63,738 nucleotides of DNA, filler included, from Pelomyxa schiedti (GCA_020536535.1; 6 parts of 6 records of this genome joined end to end with filler, not necessarily neighbours in it), one strand, 5' to 3'; counted from the whole stretch's first letter, positions 1 to 13,452 are shown. The notes: generated by a model not told the origin, from the letters alone. Program-made: numbers and translations.

Positions 1-3000
1 AGTCCAAGCGGAAATGGAACTGTTGTTCAGACTCCGCCTTTGACTTTGGTGTCTTCCTCACCGATTTTGTTGTCAGTTGATTCTACGCATTCCAGCGCGG
101 CATCATCGCCAAGTGATTCTGCGAAAATGGGGAAGAATGAGGAAAGACTGAACGATGTAGGTGATGAACAGCCAGTGTTCATGGGCTTGGTTCCTCCACT
201 TCCTTTTTCTTTGAGTGAGCACTGTTTGCCACCTGATTTGCCTGAGCACTTTCTCCCTACTTCTCCATCGCCTCAGGAGTTACCTTTTGACGTTCTCCCT
301 CCTTCACCGGCACCGTCTCCTGTTCCATCGGCACGCTCTCCAACACCTTCTGCTGCCTTACTATGTAGTATGTCTGGGGGAAATAAATTTGCCCAGAGTA
401 CTTCATTGAGTGTATGCTTGCACATTTAATGAAAACAACTCATTGCCACTCAATCACTTGCATCACCATTTGCTGTATCGCAGCTTTAAGTCACTTAAAA
501 ACAGGAAGCAGAACAACGTGCCCTCATTTCGAAAGTTGCATCCCTCTTCAACCCGGTTTGTTCTTATTTTTTTTATACTTCTATCGTAACTGTACTCCCA
601 GGCTGATCCCAGAATACCACATTGCCAAAAAATAGCAAGAAATTGGCTATGTAGACTACACAGAGGTACTTTTCCCCTTCTTGATGTAGCACTCAGAGAA
701 GTATAGCGAGGAGGAATTTCCCTCCTAGAAAACCACCTTTTGTGAAACTTCTTTTTGCGGAAAGAACCCTGGTACGAAAATTACAGTTGCTTGTCCTACA
801 TTATGTTACACCCATCGAAAAGGGCCTGGCCAGTGTAATTTCCTTCATGCCGATATTTCCAGCTCACTTAAACAAGGAAACTATAACAAAAGCTGATATA
901 ACTAATCTATGTGGGGAAGCAAGACAATTTCTCAATCTGCACACAAAAATTCTTAGTAATTTCGAGGCTGTAAGGCACTTTTCTCTGCTTTCTTAAGTTG
1001 AACGCATGTAGCTTGTGGATAACTGGCCCTCTGTTGATGGGGTAGGCAATATTTTTGTGCAACTTGCTTTGAACAATGAGTTGCATGTGTATGGTATATG
1101 TGTCTTTTCCTTACGTGCTCGATCTCATTCTGAATAAAGGATCCTATGTTGCACACTCTCTTGTTCATGCTGATACACTTGAAAGACTTGAAAATACAGA
1201 TTCAGTATTCGCAGGCTGGCTCCAAGAGGTTTGAACATCATAATTATTCAACTTCTTATGGCACTAGACATATCTCAACTTGGGGGAAGATCTCTCTCTC
1301 AAGGAGTTACTTGAAGTTCCACTTAGTCACATACACTTATATGCTTCTATTCTCCAAGAGCTTATTGACGCCACACCGACTCATAGTCTTGATCTTTCAA
1401 CTCTTTATGAGGCAGAGTCGTATCTCCAGAAAGCTTGCACTGTGGGTACTTAATGTCTGTGCTGAGTTTAATTCTTTCTTGGCTTTTGTATTTTTTATTT
1501 TCTTGTTGTTACTGCGCAATGTCTTATCTTATCCCAATGTAGGTTGTTGCGGATGCAAAGACCAGAGCTATTGCTGTGAAAAATCTCTTTGAGGCAGTCT
1601 ACAAGTTTGGTGGCTACACATCAGTATGACTTTTATGTGCTTTTTAATTATAATTACCTCTGTTTAGAGCTTCCCTGCTGACCCAAAGCGGCAGTTGGTA
1701 GGGGACTTTGACTTCACCTCCCCCAAAAACAAGACACCATGGTAAGACAAGATTCTTCACATCATTAGTAACCTTCTCCAGGAAGGCATTTGTTTTCTCT
1801 GACCAGATCATCCTTGCATCACCTAAAAAAGATAAAAAAAGATGTGATACTTTTAAGCTGGAAGTAGCAATGAAATTCACCGATATTATGGATGTTGTGG
1901 AGGGACCTGGTGACATCTTGCTTATTTTGTCATTAGTTCTGTCATCCTACTGACTTATACAGATAGTCTATCTTTTACAGTCAGTTATATGAAAAAGCTG
2001 AAGCAGATATTCAAACTTGACTCGCCCACAAAAAAGAATATTGTTTACTCTACCATTCGCAGCAAGTTCGAAAAAATAAATGTATGTGCTTCTTGTAAAT
2101 AGCATCTCTGACTTCTTCCAGTGCAAAAGAAATGGTTTTCTTCATACTTTCTCTTACACTCAATTGACATGCATCAGTGTTTGGTGCCACTCTCAGCGAA
2201 CTTATCCATAGTGAGGACCGAGATGATATTGGCTATCCACTAGTACTTGAGCGTGGTCTTCAATTCCTCGAATCAAGTATCTGAAAGTCATTTTGTCTAG
2301 CTGTCAACACTCTCCTCTCTTTCTATCTTCTGGAGGACAGGAATTACCGTTGTTGGCCTATTCCGAGTTCCTGGACACAGTACAGATATAACAAGACTCC
2401 GAAAGCTTGTGCAAGGTTTCTCCTCTCAGACACTTCTTGTAACTTAATCTAAACCCAGATGATATAAACTTCAAGTTCTCTACAACAGATGATCCCTTTT
2501 CTGTGGGCTCCCTTGTGAAACTCTATTTACGAGAAATGGCTGAGCCACTGTTTCCATTCAATTGTTATGACTCTCTCCTTGCACTGCATGGCGTTGGTTA
2601 GCAAAATACTCTTTATGCTCTCTTATACGACTTCCCTTTTTCGCTTTGTTTTCTCACCCCACACAGCTCAGGCAGAGTTCCTTGAAGAAATGGGGATGGT
2701 ACTCCAAACGCTACCTGATCACCACAAAAAGACTCTGTTATACCTATCTGACTTTATGGTTAGAGTTTTTGCACACACGGCCACAAACAAAATGACCCGT
2801 ATGTGTTGTTATCTCCAAAAAGCAAACATTTCTACTTCACCCCCTTTTAAATTGTCTTACAATAATGTAAGCTCGGGCAATTGCTATTGTGATTGGACCC
2901 AATTTGTTACGCCCAGCCGTCGAAACCATGGACTCTGCTCTGGACATTCCCAAAGTCAATGGAATTGTAGCAAAGTACTTTGAAAATTATCCAGCACTCA

Positions 3001-3020
3001 GGCCTCTCCTGGATGAATAG
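1..3020 (+). CDS. Multi-exon RhoGEF (DH)-PH-RhoGAP protein, 5' end outside window
   Basis: Pro-rich N-terminus. DH helix 'KLLFAERTLVRKLQLLVLHYVTPIEKGL' (742). RhoGAP motifs 'VFGATLSEL..YPLVLERGLQFL', 'GLFRVPG', 'DPFSVGSLVKLYLREMAEPLF', 'TNKMT..AIVIGPNLLRP'. Stop TAG 3018-3020. Exons separated by short introns. Confidence 0.8.
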
Positions 3021-3120
3021 CCATTCACATTGGAAAAGCCCACTTACGGTTCTTTTGTTGTTTGTGTAATAAGTGCCGAGGCGGCATTGAGTGAAAAAAT
3101 TTTATGGAATCTTTGTTTTT

Positions 3121-6100
3121 TCAGCTTTTTAGTTCTTCTGCCATTAGGGCAACAAGCCTATTTCCTGCAGCGTTGTGCCTAAGAATGTTCTGAATTGTTG
3201 TTGCAACGTGCTTTGCTGCTGTCAAAGGATCCATACCCTAAAAATTGTAAAAAAGCAAAGGTTGTCTACTATCAAGAGTCGTACCTGGGCATAGATGTTG
3301 GAAACAACCGTGTATTCAAACTTCGGACCAGGATCGTCATTCCGATTCAACGCAACATCTGTGGAATATCAATAAAGGATAGAAAGTAAGAAAATTGCTC
3401 ACATGCTGACATACTCCTACTGGTTTCTAAAGAACCACCAGGCCGCTCACCAACAAGAATGCAAGTAATTCGGGAACCCACATATTTGCACACCTCTTCC
3501 ACTAATTTCACTCGTCCATAACGAACAACAATATGCGGAGCACAGAGGGAAATTCCAGCTGTATTGAGGTGGTTTTCAAGAAGGGGTAGGAACACTGGAA
3601 CATTGTAGTGTATAGCTTCGGCACTCAAGCCATCAGCAATCTTGTATTGGTCGGTGTTACAAATTTTTATCATGAAATGAATGGGATGACAAACAATTAT
3701 CTGCACATCTAGGTTCGACTTCAGAAGTTGTTGCTTAGAGCGTTCTGTGAGCTGAGCTCCCAATTTTGGATTTCTTAAATGAGTTTCTTTTGAAGTGGCA
3801 ATGGTCTCCAAGTGACAGAAGTGTGGTGGCGGAAACTTATTCATGTCCAGTTCGACCAAAACAGCGTCACGTGCAACTGTTCAGAGCTTTGTGAGTGTCT
3901 TTATCAAGGGGAAAAAAGGAAATTACGGGCTTCATTTGCTCTCACTTCAAGAGCAACGTCATTGGCAGGTCGAGGCCCGGAAGACTTAAAAAAAATAAGC
4001 CACTCGTCAAAAAAAAATCAAAAAAACCTAACCTGAAAACCATAGTTTTGTGGAAGATGAGCCTGCAGTGCAGTGAATTCTTCTTCTGACTTGCAGAATA
4101 TAAGAGGATTTCCCCAGTTTGGCCCTCGTTCTACTTCTCCATTCTGTTCTATTTGAGGCAAGAAATGGTTCAGTTCCGTGTAACCTCATTTAGCCGAAAT
4201 ATTCCTTTGTTTTCAGCCCAGGAACAAAATTCTGAAGAGTAACTCAGACTAAGTTGCCTAAACAGGTAGAAAAAACCTGGGGCAGGCTTAAGGCCATATG
4301 TCTCGCGTAAGGTTTGGTTATCATGCCCAGAAACATTAAAGTATGCCAGCATCCTATCACACCCTAGAAACTGCATTCATGTTAGTGGAAAACTTAAAAT
4401 ATTTTGGCTCACCACATCCATGTAAAAAGTTACACCAGCAGCAGTAAGGAGTTGGACAGCTATTTGTTGGCCCTCCCTGTCTGTTGCACAGTGGATAGTG
4501 AATCCTGGGTCCATACCCATTGGTAACCCCATGACTTTTCCGCAAAACAAGTCTTGAAGACAGGAAATCTATTTAAATCAGTTCAAACAGTGTGGTCAGG
4601 GTCGTACTTACCATTAATTGATGGTTATTGGCATGGGTCTCTGGCCCAATGAAACCAGTGACACTATTAACCATAAAAGGAGAGTATCGCCTTGCAAGGC
4701 CATAGGCAAGTGCCTCACATGTCATCATATCAATTCCATTATTGGCACCATAGCTGGAGGTGAGAGACTTTGTTAGTAAGCGTCAAAACTCGATCCCCGC
4801 AATTTATTTTGTAGGGGAGTTTTCTCACCTCACCTGACACAACTCCCTTGTCCAGTCTCAAAGTATAAAAAGTGTCTTGCTTCATTGGCAAGAGGGCCTT
4901 TTTCCTGCATCACCTCAAATGCTTGATCTAAAGGCTTATTAAGGACTAGTGTCAGGCTGGAGAGTAAGGTACCCACCAAGTAGTGCAACTGAGATCCCAA
5001 ATTCGTCTTGAATTGTTTTGTCAGTCCCTGCCAAACTTTGAAATAGGATCTCAACGGGATATCCTTGCTCAAGGCATTTCAATTGGGTTTTTATATGTCC
5101 AAGGGTGCAAATTTGAGTGGGGACTTGGAATTCCCGCCTGATGGAATCCAAAGTGAGGAGAATCTTGCCAACTCCTTCCACTGTGTCAATTGCCGGGTTA
5201 ACACCAAACATACAGTCCCCCATCCTGGAAAAGGATAGTTAGATTGTGCTAGCGGTGACAAAGGCAATACCCCATTGACAATCCAGTGTATGTAAGCAAT
5301 TTTATACCGTCTAAGTCATCGACAGGGTGATTTGGCTGTAATCTAGATGACAGGGTACCTGGTATCCCTATGCACGTTCGAGCCTGAGATTACAATAAAA
5401 ACGAACAATTTTAACAGATGAGGCAGTTACTTTGGTTGGACTTTTCAGTTTCTTGGAGACAAAAATTAATTCATGAATGTCCATCAATTTGGCAAGAGCT
5501 GCCACGTGAACCCCTGTTAGAGCCTTTCCAATTCTCAATATCTATCTTGGTTTTAAGGGAGAGCACTGTGTTACAAAGAAGTCACCTCCATTCCTGAACT
5601 CTTGAGAAAGTGATCTTTGAGGTTTCCCAGTGTCAAGTGTTTTATGGATTCATAAGTCGCTAGGTCAACATCGTAGTTCACCCGCATTACATCATCTATC
5701 TCCCTGTAAAGAGGGAATTACTTTCGACTGGAATAAGGTAAATAGAAGGCAAACCCATTGACATCCAGTAACGGGGTTTCATATATATGCTGCACAGTAA
5801 GATGTGAAAGGACTGACCGAGCTGCTTCTCTAAGTCTCTCATCTCTTACAGGAAACCTATTTATTACCAGTGATATTAAACGAAAAAAAGGGTGCATCCA
5901 AGGGAGAAAGAAAAAAAAAAAAGATTGAAGCTTTCACCTTGGCAGAGTGTCACCTTGTTTTGGTAAGTCAGCAGCAGTAAGTACCTCCTTCAGGTCCACA
6001 AACGAATACTCTCTTCCCTTCACACTTGACAGTTACCACAAGTTAACAGCCCCCCCACAGCCAAAAAAGAAACAGCCAAAACGTCAGTCACTCAACCAAC

Positions 6101-6469
6101 CAGTTGTGTCACACAGTAGTAGTGGCCGCCCCCCACGCCGCCGACGTCCGCCGCGACAGCCCCCCCCGACTCCCTGGGCCGCCCCTGCCCCAATGGCTCC
6201 TCCCCCGCCCGTGTCTGCGTCGGAGCCTGCGCCTGCACCTGCGAATGGGGCGGGGGCGAGGGCGGCGGCACTGGGATGTCCCGCAGCGGGGTCAGGGTGC
6301 GCCGGGGGCCCCCGGTCCCCGAACTGCACCTGCATGTTGTTGCGCTGCTGCTGGCCCCGTCGTTTGCCGCGAGTGTGGCAGCAGTAGCCCGCTCTGCTGC
6401 CGCCTCCTCCTCCATTGTTGTGGTCGTGCTCCCCGTTGCTGTTGCCGTTCCCCTGCTGGCCGTTGACAT
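3121..6469 (-). CDS. eutBC: Spliced ethanolamine ammonia-lyase, EutB (large)-EutC (small) subunit fusion
   Basis: EutB motifs 'YSFVDLKEVLTAADLPKQGD', 'GTLSSRLQPNHPVDDLDG', 'GDCMFGVNPA', 'FQSLAGT', 'LYFETGQGS', 'GFIGPETH', 'QDLFCGKVMGLPMG', 'SGHDNQTLRETYGLKPAP'. These are followed without a stop by EutC motifs 'ARDAV', 'LRNPKLGAQL', 'IADGLSAEA', 'VRYGRV', 'VGERPG', 'VVSNIY', ending ..LMAEELKS* at 3121. The first exon (ATG 6469) is inferred. Confidence 0.9.
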
Positions 6470-6535
6470 TTGCGACAATAATAATAAAAAACCAAACGGC
6501 GCCACGCACTCTGTTGAATCACTTTTCTTTATCCT

Positions 6536-7672
6536 TCAGCAGACGCGACGTAATGCACACTCTGTTAGCATTTTGAAGACAGGTATCCCAGAGAAATGTA
6601 TGACTTCAAAGTAGTGTGCCTTCGTGTCTTTCGGTTCCAAAATCACCAGGTCCTCTGCAAAAAACATGTTGGTGCCTTGCTCTTCTCTGCGGATGCAAAA
6701 CACGTGATCTCGTGCATGAACGCCATGCACCTCAACGCGGTGGTCACTGAACCAGGTGCACACGTAGTATGGGCCGCCAACTAGCCGTGTTTGGTTAGGA
6801 ACTACACCAGGGCGTGCTGTTCCTCGAGGCAATGGTGTCCTCTGGCCAGTTGTCAGGCACAACAGACCACCATTTTCAGACAGAAGCGCGTAGGCCATTC
6901 CCTTCCAGCACACAAGGCCGTCAACGTGCTCGTCGCCGTGGAGTACATCAGTAATTGGCCAAGGGCTCCCAATCAACCTCTGGTGTGCCAAGCTGGATTC
7001 CAGGTCGATCACCATCACACCCACCCCCTCTTCCTGTGCGACGACCAGCGAGCCGCTCTCTCTCCCCAGCGCCGCCGTGTGCACCTTCCACGGCAGGGCA
7101 ATGCCCTGCGCGGTCCTCACCTTCCCAGACTCGATCCCATCAAAGTTCCAGAGTGCCATCGTTGTCCCTTGGATGACCGCAGCCCAGCGCCTGTCGCTGT
7201 AGCACCTGGCATCTGCGTTGGGAATCTCCCAGTTGTCGCGGTCTGTGGCTTCTCTGCCGGTGTTGGTGTCAATCACACACAGCCGTGGGGGTCTCTTCAT
7301 GACTGTCACTCTGAGTACCAGTGCGTATCTTGTGTCGGCGGCGGCGGCGGGACCCACCCACCCTTGAAAAGCGAGGGCGATGTTGCAGCCAAGGTTGACA
7401 ATTGTGGGATGGCCGACAAGGCCGAGCGTCGGCGACACGCGGAACTTGACCCAGTGGTCGTTGTTCCAGCGGTATTTCCGGTCTTTGAGCTCCAAGACTA
7501 CGTTATGGGAAGGGAACACGATCCACTCACGGCCAATGACCGTCAACAACGAGGCCGAGAGGGACGACACCGGGCTGTGGCGACCACACCGTCCCACAAT
7601 GACGCCCACGCCGAGGGCGATGAACTGGCAGCGGGCGTAGGTTTGGTCCTTGATTGTTAGGGTCTGACGAGG
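6536..7672 (-). CDS. Intronless 'RCG..SP-box' family protein with beta-rich C-terminal domain (copy 1); start codon unresolved
   Basis: Open frame begins 'QTYARCQFIALGVGVIVGRCGRHSPVSSLSASLLTVIGREWIV', then 'FRVSPTLGLV' and a beta-rich body. The nearest ATG (7688) is one base out of frame. Confidence 0.6.
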   Translation of the reverse strand, partial: PRQTLTIKDQTYARCQFIALGVGVIVGRCGRHSPVSSLSASLLTVIGREWIVFPSHNVVLELKDRKYRWNNDHWVKFRVSPTLGLVGHPTIVNLGCNIALAFQGWVGPAAAADTRYALVLRVTVMKRPPRLCVIDTNTGREATDRDNWEIPNADARCYSDRRWAAVIQGTTMALWNFDGIESGKVRTAQGIALPWKVHTAALGRESGSLVVAQEEGVGVMVIDLESSLAHQRLIGSPWPITDVLHGDEHVDGLVCWKGMAYALLSENGGLLCLTTGQRTPLPRGTARPGVVPNQTRLVGGPYYVCTWFSDHRVEVHGVHARDHVFCIRREEQGTNMFFAEDLVILEPKDTKAHYFEVIHFSGIPVFKMLTECALRRVC

Positions 7673-7849
7673 AACTCGTCTTGATCATCTCGTTTTTTCG
7701 ACCGTGGGGGAGGTGGCGAGTAAGTGTGTGGTGTGGAGAGTTCTCAGTGTGGCTCCAGGTTTGTTTTTAGTGTCGAGGCAAGGAATTCCATGGGGGTCTA
7801 CCCTGGAATGATGAAGAGGAAAACAAGACTCAATCATTCGCAGGTTGAA

Positions 7850-10422
7850 ATGAGTGGAAGCAGCCACAACCCGAGTTCACCGGCACCACTGACGGGAAAT
7901 GCTCTCGTTGATTGCGTGGGAGCCATTGTGGCCGCCCTGGTCAATGCTTACGACACTGGTGACATCCCACTATTCTAAACAAAACTGTCTCTTCTTCTTT
8001 TTTTTTTTCCCCCATTAATTCTCCCCAAGGCGACGGGGATACGATGTCACGAAAGGGAGTGAGTAAGTTGAAATCTGCACTGGCAAATAAATTCGGATTG
8101 CCCACTGCTCCAAAGACTGTGGATGTCATTGCTGCCATTCCTGAAGTTCGTTTTGACAAATATGCTATGATAAACTTAGAGAGTAAGAGATAATAAATAC
8201 CTGTACTACAATGCTTTTTTGGGGAGGGAAATATAAAGCCAAAAACCAAAATCAACCACTGAATTCCTTAGGCCTACAAAGCTGGGTTGGTTCCCATTCT
8301 CAAAACCAAGCCAGTAAGAACTGCATCAGGAATTGTGGCTGTGGCCGTAATGTGCAAACCTCATCGGTGTCCACACATAGGTTTCATACCTTTTCTTGCA
8401 TAAAGAATGAATTCTCACTGTGTGCAAGTGCGAACTGGAATGGTGTGTGTATACTGCCCTGGAGGTCCCGACTCCGATTTTGAGTACAGTTCCCAGTCTT
8501 ACACTGGGTATGAGCCCACAAGTATGCGAGCAATACGTGCTCGATACGACCCCTTCTTACAAGCCAAGAACAGGCTTGATCAACTTAAGGTACCCCTACA
8601 TATCTGAAATGGGTACAGGATAATAATCACTGTATTTTTATTATTTTATTTGTGTAGCGTCTGGGACATGCAGTAGACAAAGTGGAGTACATTGTAATGG
8701 GCGGCACCTTTATGGCCTTGTCACAGGAGTATAGGTTTTTATCTGGTAAGATCTTGCTTGTCTGATCTCCAACCAGAGATAGCTTTATAATTAGCCTCCA
8801 TGATGCATTGAGTGGGCACATTTCTACAACTGTGGAAGAAGCTGTAAGATTTAGTGAGCAATCAGTTGTAAAGGTGAGTGTGGTTGGGTTTTTTGGTACT
8901 AACAAAGTTTTCCAGTGTGTTGGACTGACAATAGAAACTCGGCCAGATTGGTGTTCAAACAATCTTGTAAGAGATATGCTTCGATATGGTTGCACTAGAC
9001 TGGAAATTGGTGTTCAAGTATGTGAACCACGGATACTAAGCTGCACACTAAAAGCCTATGTACATTAGAGTGTGTATGACGATGTCCTGTTGGCAATGAA
9101 CCGTGGTCATACTGTTGCGACAGTAGTGGATTGCTTCCATAGATTACGTGATGCTGGATTCAAAATTGTGGCCCATATGATGCCAAACTTACCAGCTATG
9201 AATGAAGAAAGAGACATGTAGTTTCCTAGTCATCAACATCTACTTTCCCTGAGAATCCATAGAAATACCTTTGCCGAGCTTTTTGAAAACCCTGCTTACA
9301 GACCTGATGGTTGGTAGTTCCTTTCTGAAGGAAGCATTCTTAGAGCCCTTAGGAATGAAAGTCTATCCTTGCTTAGTCATGAGAGGAACTCAATTATTTG
9401 AAATGGCCAAGGTTGTCTTTCCTAGAAGAATTCATGCAAGGAAGGAGCTGATCTTATATAGACAGGTCAATACATTGGCTATTCTACCAGTACATTAGTT
9501 GATGTTCTTGCCAAAGCTCTTTGCCTTGTCCCCCCTTGGACGAGATTGTATACTTTCACTGTTTATTTATCGACTTGTTAATTTGTTGTTCAGGTATAGA
9601 ATTCAGCGAGATATTCCCATACCAGTAAGACTGGTTTTTTTTTTCCCCCTTCATTTTCCAACATTCAAATAGTTGGTGAGCAGTGGTGCTGAATCTGGAA
9701 ACCTGAGACAGTTGGTGTTTGCCAGAATGCAAGAAAATGGAGCCAAATGCCGTGATGTAAGGTATTTTTATGGACTTTTTTCGGGAAAAAACCTTGAGTT
9801 TCACTAAGTGAACCCTCAGAACTCGCGAGGTTGGTATACAGAGTATCCACCATAAGATTAATCCAAATGAAGTTGAGCTGATAAGGAGAGATTATTGCGC
9901 CTCGGAAGGGTATTTTTTACCTATTCCCTAATGTCATGCCATCTTACAGTAAACAGTTGGGAGACATTCCTGTCTTATGAAGATGTGCAACAAGGTAAAA
10001 AAAAAAAAAAAAAACATTTCCACGTTATTTATTTAACCAACGATTCCCAAGATATTTTGATTGGTATGCTGCGACTACGTAAACCCACACCATCAGCAGT
10101 GTGTTCCGAAATGCAACCCCCAAACAGCACATCTATAATTCGGGAGCTACATGTTTACGGGTCTGTGGTACCAATTCACAGCAGAGACCCCCGACAGTTC
10201 CAGGTACTTATGAAGTCCTTTTTTTCCCCCAACACTCAATTCTAACACAAAAAAAAGCATCAAGGCTACGGCACCCTTCTCATGGAAGAGGCAGAAAGAA
10301 TAGCACGAGAAGAGCACAAATCCACCAAGATACTCGTAATAAGCGGCGTTGGAACACGCCATTACTACATGAAGTTTGGCTTCAAACATGACGGACCATA
10401 TATGTCCAAACCTCTTGTATAA
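7850..10422 (+). CDS. ELP3: Elongator complex protein 3 (radical SAM + GNAT tRNA acetyltransferase), multi-exon
   Basis: '[20 protein letters not shown]', '[37 protein letters not shown]', '[10 protein letters not shown]', '[11 protein letters not shown]', 'CTRLEIGVQ', '[12 protein letters not shown]', '[17 protein letters not shown]', 'GPYMSKPLV*'. Confidence 0.97.
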
Positions 10423-10536
10423 GGGAAAAAAAGAAGCCTTATGATAATGAGTTCTATGTCACTTTTTAAAAATAGTTAAAAATTTTACAGTGATGTTGCT
10501 GCCAGTTGTGCTTGGCACAATGGCGTGGTGCCTTAT

Positions 10537-12926
10537 TCACAAGAGCTGAGGGAGAGGTAGAGTGGTAGTGCCGAGGGACAATGCATCATCTATTGTCACA
10601 AGTATCATGGGTGTCAGGGGGGATCCCCAACAGTCCGGTGGTTCTTGGCATAGTATTACAGTGTGTGACAGAAGTAACAGAGTGGGACAAGGAACCCCTC
10701 CTACTGTTACAGACAGCTTCTCCTTAAAGCCCCAGCCAAGAACGGCAAAGAAATCACGAGGTGAGTGGAGTCTTTTGACTGCAAATACAAAGTGATCTGG
10801 GAAAGTTGGGTGAGTTTGGGTGATTTTGATGAGATGCTTGAGACCTCCTTTCCCAGTCACCTTTGTCTGAGTTTTTTCACTTAGGATGGAGGAGCCAATA
10901 TCCTTATTTCCCTGTCCGGCTATCATCTTATTAGAAAGGGTGAGGGGGTAGGGGCCTTACGTAGTCCTGTGACAATTTTAAGTAAGGTATTATTCATCTT
11001 CACAGATGTAATAAGATCAGATGATCCTTCAGCAGTGTACAAATCTGTGCGTACGACTTGAGTTTGACTAGAAAAGTAGGTAAGAGGCATACATCGCGCA
11101 GCCAAGTATTGCAAACTAGTATTCAATATTATCATTTGATTAAGAAGGAGTGAATTGGATATTTCATGGTTATCTGTAATTGCCGAACGAAAAAAAAAGG
11201 TTAGAAACGAGAACATAACAAGAGAGAATAAGGAATCAGCAGAAACCGGAAATATCCAAGTGCTGTAGAACCTCCGCTCTCTGGAGCACTTCAGTTAGTG
11301 GCTGAAGGGCCTTGGGGGAGAGTTTTGTGCCTAGTCATTACATATGAGAAAGGATAGTATTGAAAAGTGTAATACATTCTAAGTTCACTCTCCTGAGAAC
11401 CTCATTTGAAGCAATAATTTTAGAGAGTGCTGTGGCCGCCTCGGTTCCAATTTCATTTCCTTGGAAACTTTACCGAAAAGATTAATTGAAAGGAGGGGTA
11501 CGAGCAAAATCGATTGCAATGAGTGTTTTGTTTGATTGTAAAACAGAGAACAATTGTTGTGATGCCTGTGCACTACTACCTTCAGTTAAGTCAGTGCCTA
11601 TTCATGATGTGGAGTGGCGTACCAACATCACTCATTACCAGTTCCCATATGCTCTGATTTGATGCCATCAAGTTCCCTATTTCTGCAACTCCGATTTCCC
11701 CAATGTCAGGATTTCCTGTTTTTTTAAAATTGTTGTTGTGTTAAAAAAAAAAAACCAATAGGTGAGATAAAAAAAATACAATGAACTACCAACCACACAA
11801 TGCCAAATTCAGAAGTGTTACATTCTTGGCAAGTGATCTCCCAACTTGCATTGCACCCGTTGCGCTGATACCAGTTCCTTAGTTCATTAAAGAAGGAAAA
11901 AAGGAGAGCAAAATAGTTGAATTTGCATACCACTAATATCCAGATATATTAGAGTGTTTTGAGTTTCCAAGGCTGCCATAATTGCACTAATGCCTTCATC
12001 TCCAATAGCCACGTTCCCTGCATTGGGATTAAGTATTTGTTTGCGAATACCCATGCCATACAGCCGATATCCAGTTGAAGGAGACGGGTATTGTTTAGAG
12101 TATGCGCTAAAGCTACCGCCCCAGCAGTATCAATAACATTTCCTGATACAATTGAGTGCAGGGTGAAGAATAATTGCATACCTCTGAGAATAAGCCGCAT
12201 AAGAGATGTATTGGTTTCGAGCATATTTGCAAGGGCAATTGCACCTTGAGATTTAATTCCAGTGTCTGTGTTTCAAATGAGGGAAGGGTAATAAATAGAC
12301 TCTCTCACTGGAAAGGACAAGACTGTGCAGAGTGGGTATGGACAGTGCTTTGGCTAGCATGGCTCCCTCATCTGATCCCGTACCAATCCACGGATTATCT
12401 TGATAATGTCAAATACTATTTAGTACAAAGGGTCAGTGGCATACAACTTAAATCGAGATATTGCAATCGGGTGTGCTCCTGTAACGCTAGCATTAAACGT
12501 TCCGCACTTTCCCAACCTATGGCATTCTCTACATGTAATATTAAAACGATTATAATCAGGACTCGAAGACTGCACCTTGTATTGCCAAGTGCTCCAGTGA
12601 AGTATTGACATGAAACCCCGTACACAATAACGATACGCCCTGATCCCCAAGGTAATTCCCTAGGTGAGTTTTAGCGAATTTGGCAGAGGGAAAACCATGC
12701 CAAATAGAAAAAAAGAGAGAGAGGGAGAAAAAAAAACCACAGTGGTGGATAGCAACAAGTACAGACCAATAAGAACGAGTTTACGCAATGGGCAGGATCT
12801 CCTGGACAGCGACAATGCGACGCCCGCCGCGGACATGCCGTCGACCGTGTCGCAACACGTGATGTCCGTGCTCACACTGGCCATCGACGCCAGCTCCCGT
12901 GACGCCCCTGTCACACGCCCAGACAT
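10537..12926 (-). CDS. RNI-like leucine-rich repeat protein with C-terminal IPT/TIG-like domain, multi-exon
   Basis: About one LRR per exon: 'NAIGWESAERLMLALQEHTRLQYLDLS', 'LETNTSLMRLILRG', 'NVIDTAGAVALAHTLNNTRLLQLDIG', 'LQRAEVLQHLDIS'. The last exon 'LGWGFKEKLSVTVGGVPC..ILCQEPP' matches the TIG pattern G.GF...V.VGG..C...I.C..P. Confidence 0.75.
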
Positions 12927-13452
12927 CGTCGTGCGCACTCACCAAGTTGGTTCTCCTAGTTTGGTTTCGTCGACCGGCGCGTTTTCAAGAAGCGAACAAG
13001 AAAATCTCGTTGTTGGAAGCTCTGGCAAATGACAATGGCCTTGTGATTGTCACCCACATGGAAGATCTGCACTGTCAGTTTGAGTCAAAGTCTCAAGCCT
13101 CCCGCAAGCACGTGGCTTAAATCATTTTACGTTTTGTAGTCTAATGTTGATCGGAGAGTCTGCAGGCTTTCTTCTCAGAGATTGATGCAAATTCACCTGG
13201 TAGGTAGCCTTGTCGCCCACATTGCCGTCTCTGAGTGGGGGTTCTCCAAGATCCCAGATTCCCGCTACGATTAAAAAAAAAATTAAAAAGGTTACATGTT
13301 AACATGACAGACAGCAGGGAAAAGGACGAACGAAGCATAACATATAAACAAACCAACAACCCGAACACACAACCGAGATCTATCGTTGCACAGTGACTGT
13401 GGTCACAAAGGCGTGCGGTCACCACTGCGCCAAGAGCAAGGAGTTCACCGCA

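Noticed and set aside
3121-6469. Bacterial contamination or an eut operon
   Set aside because: The gene has many spliceosomal-type introns and eukaryotic neighbours, and no other eut or microcompartment genes are present.
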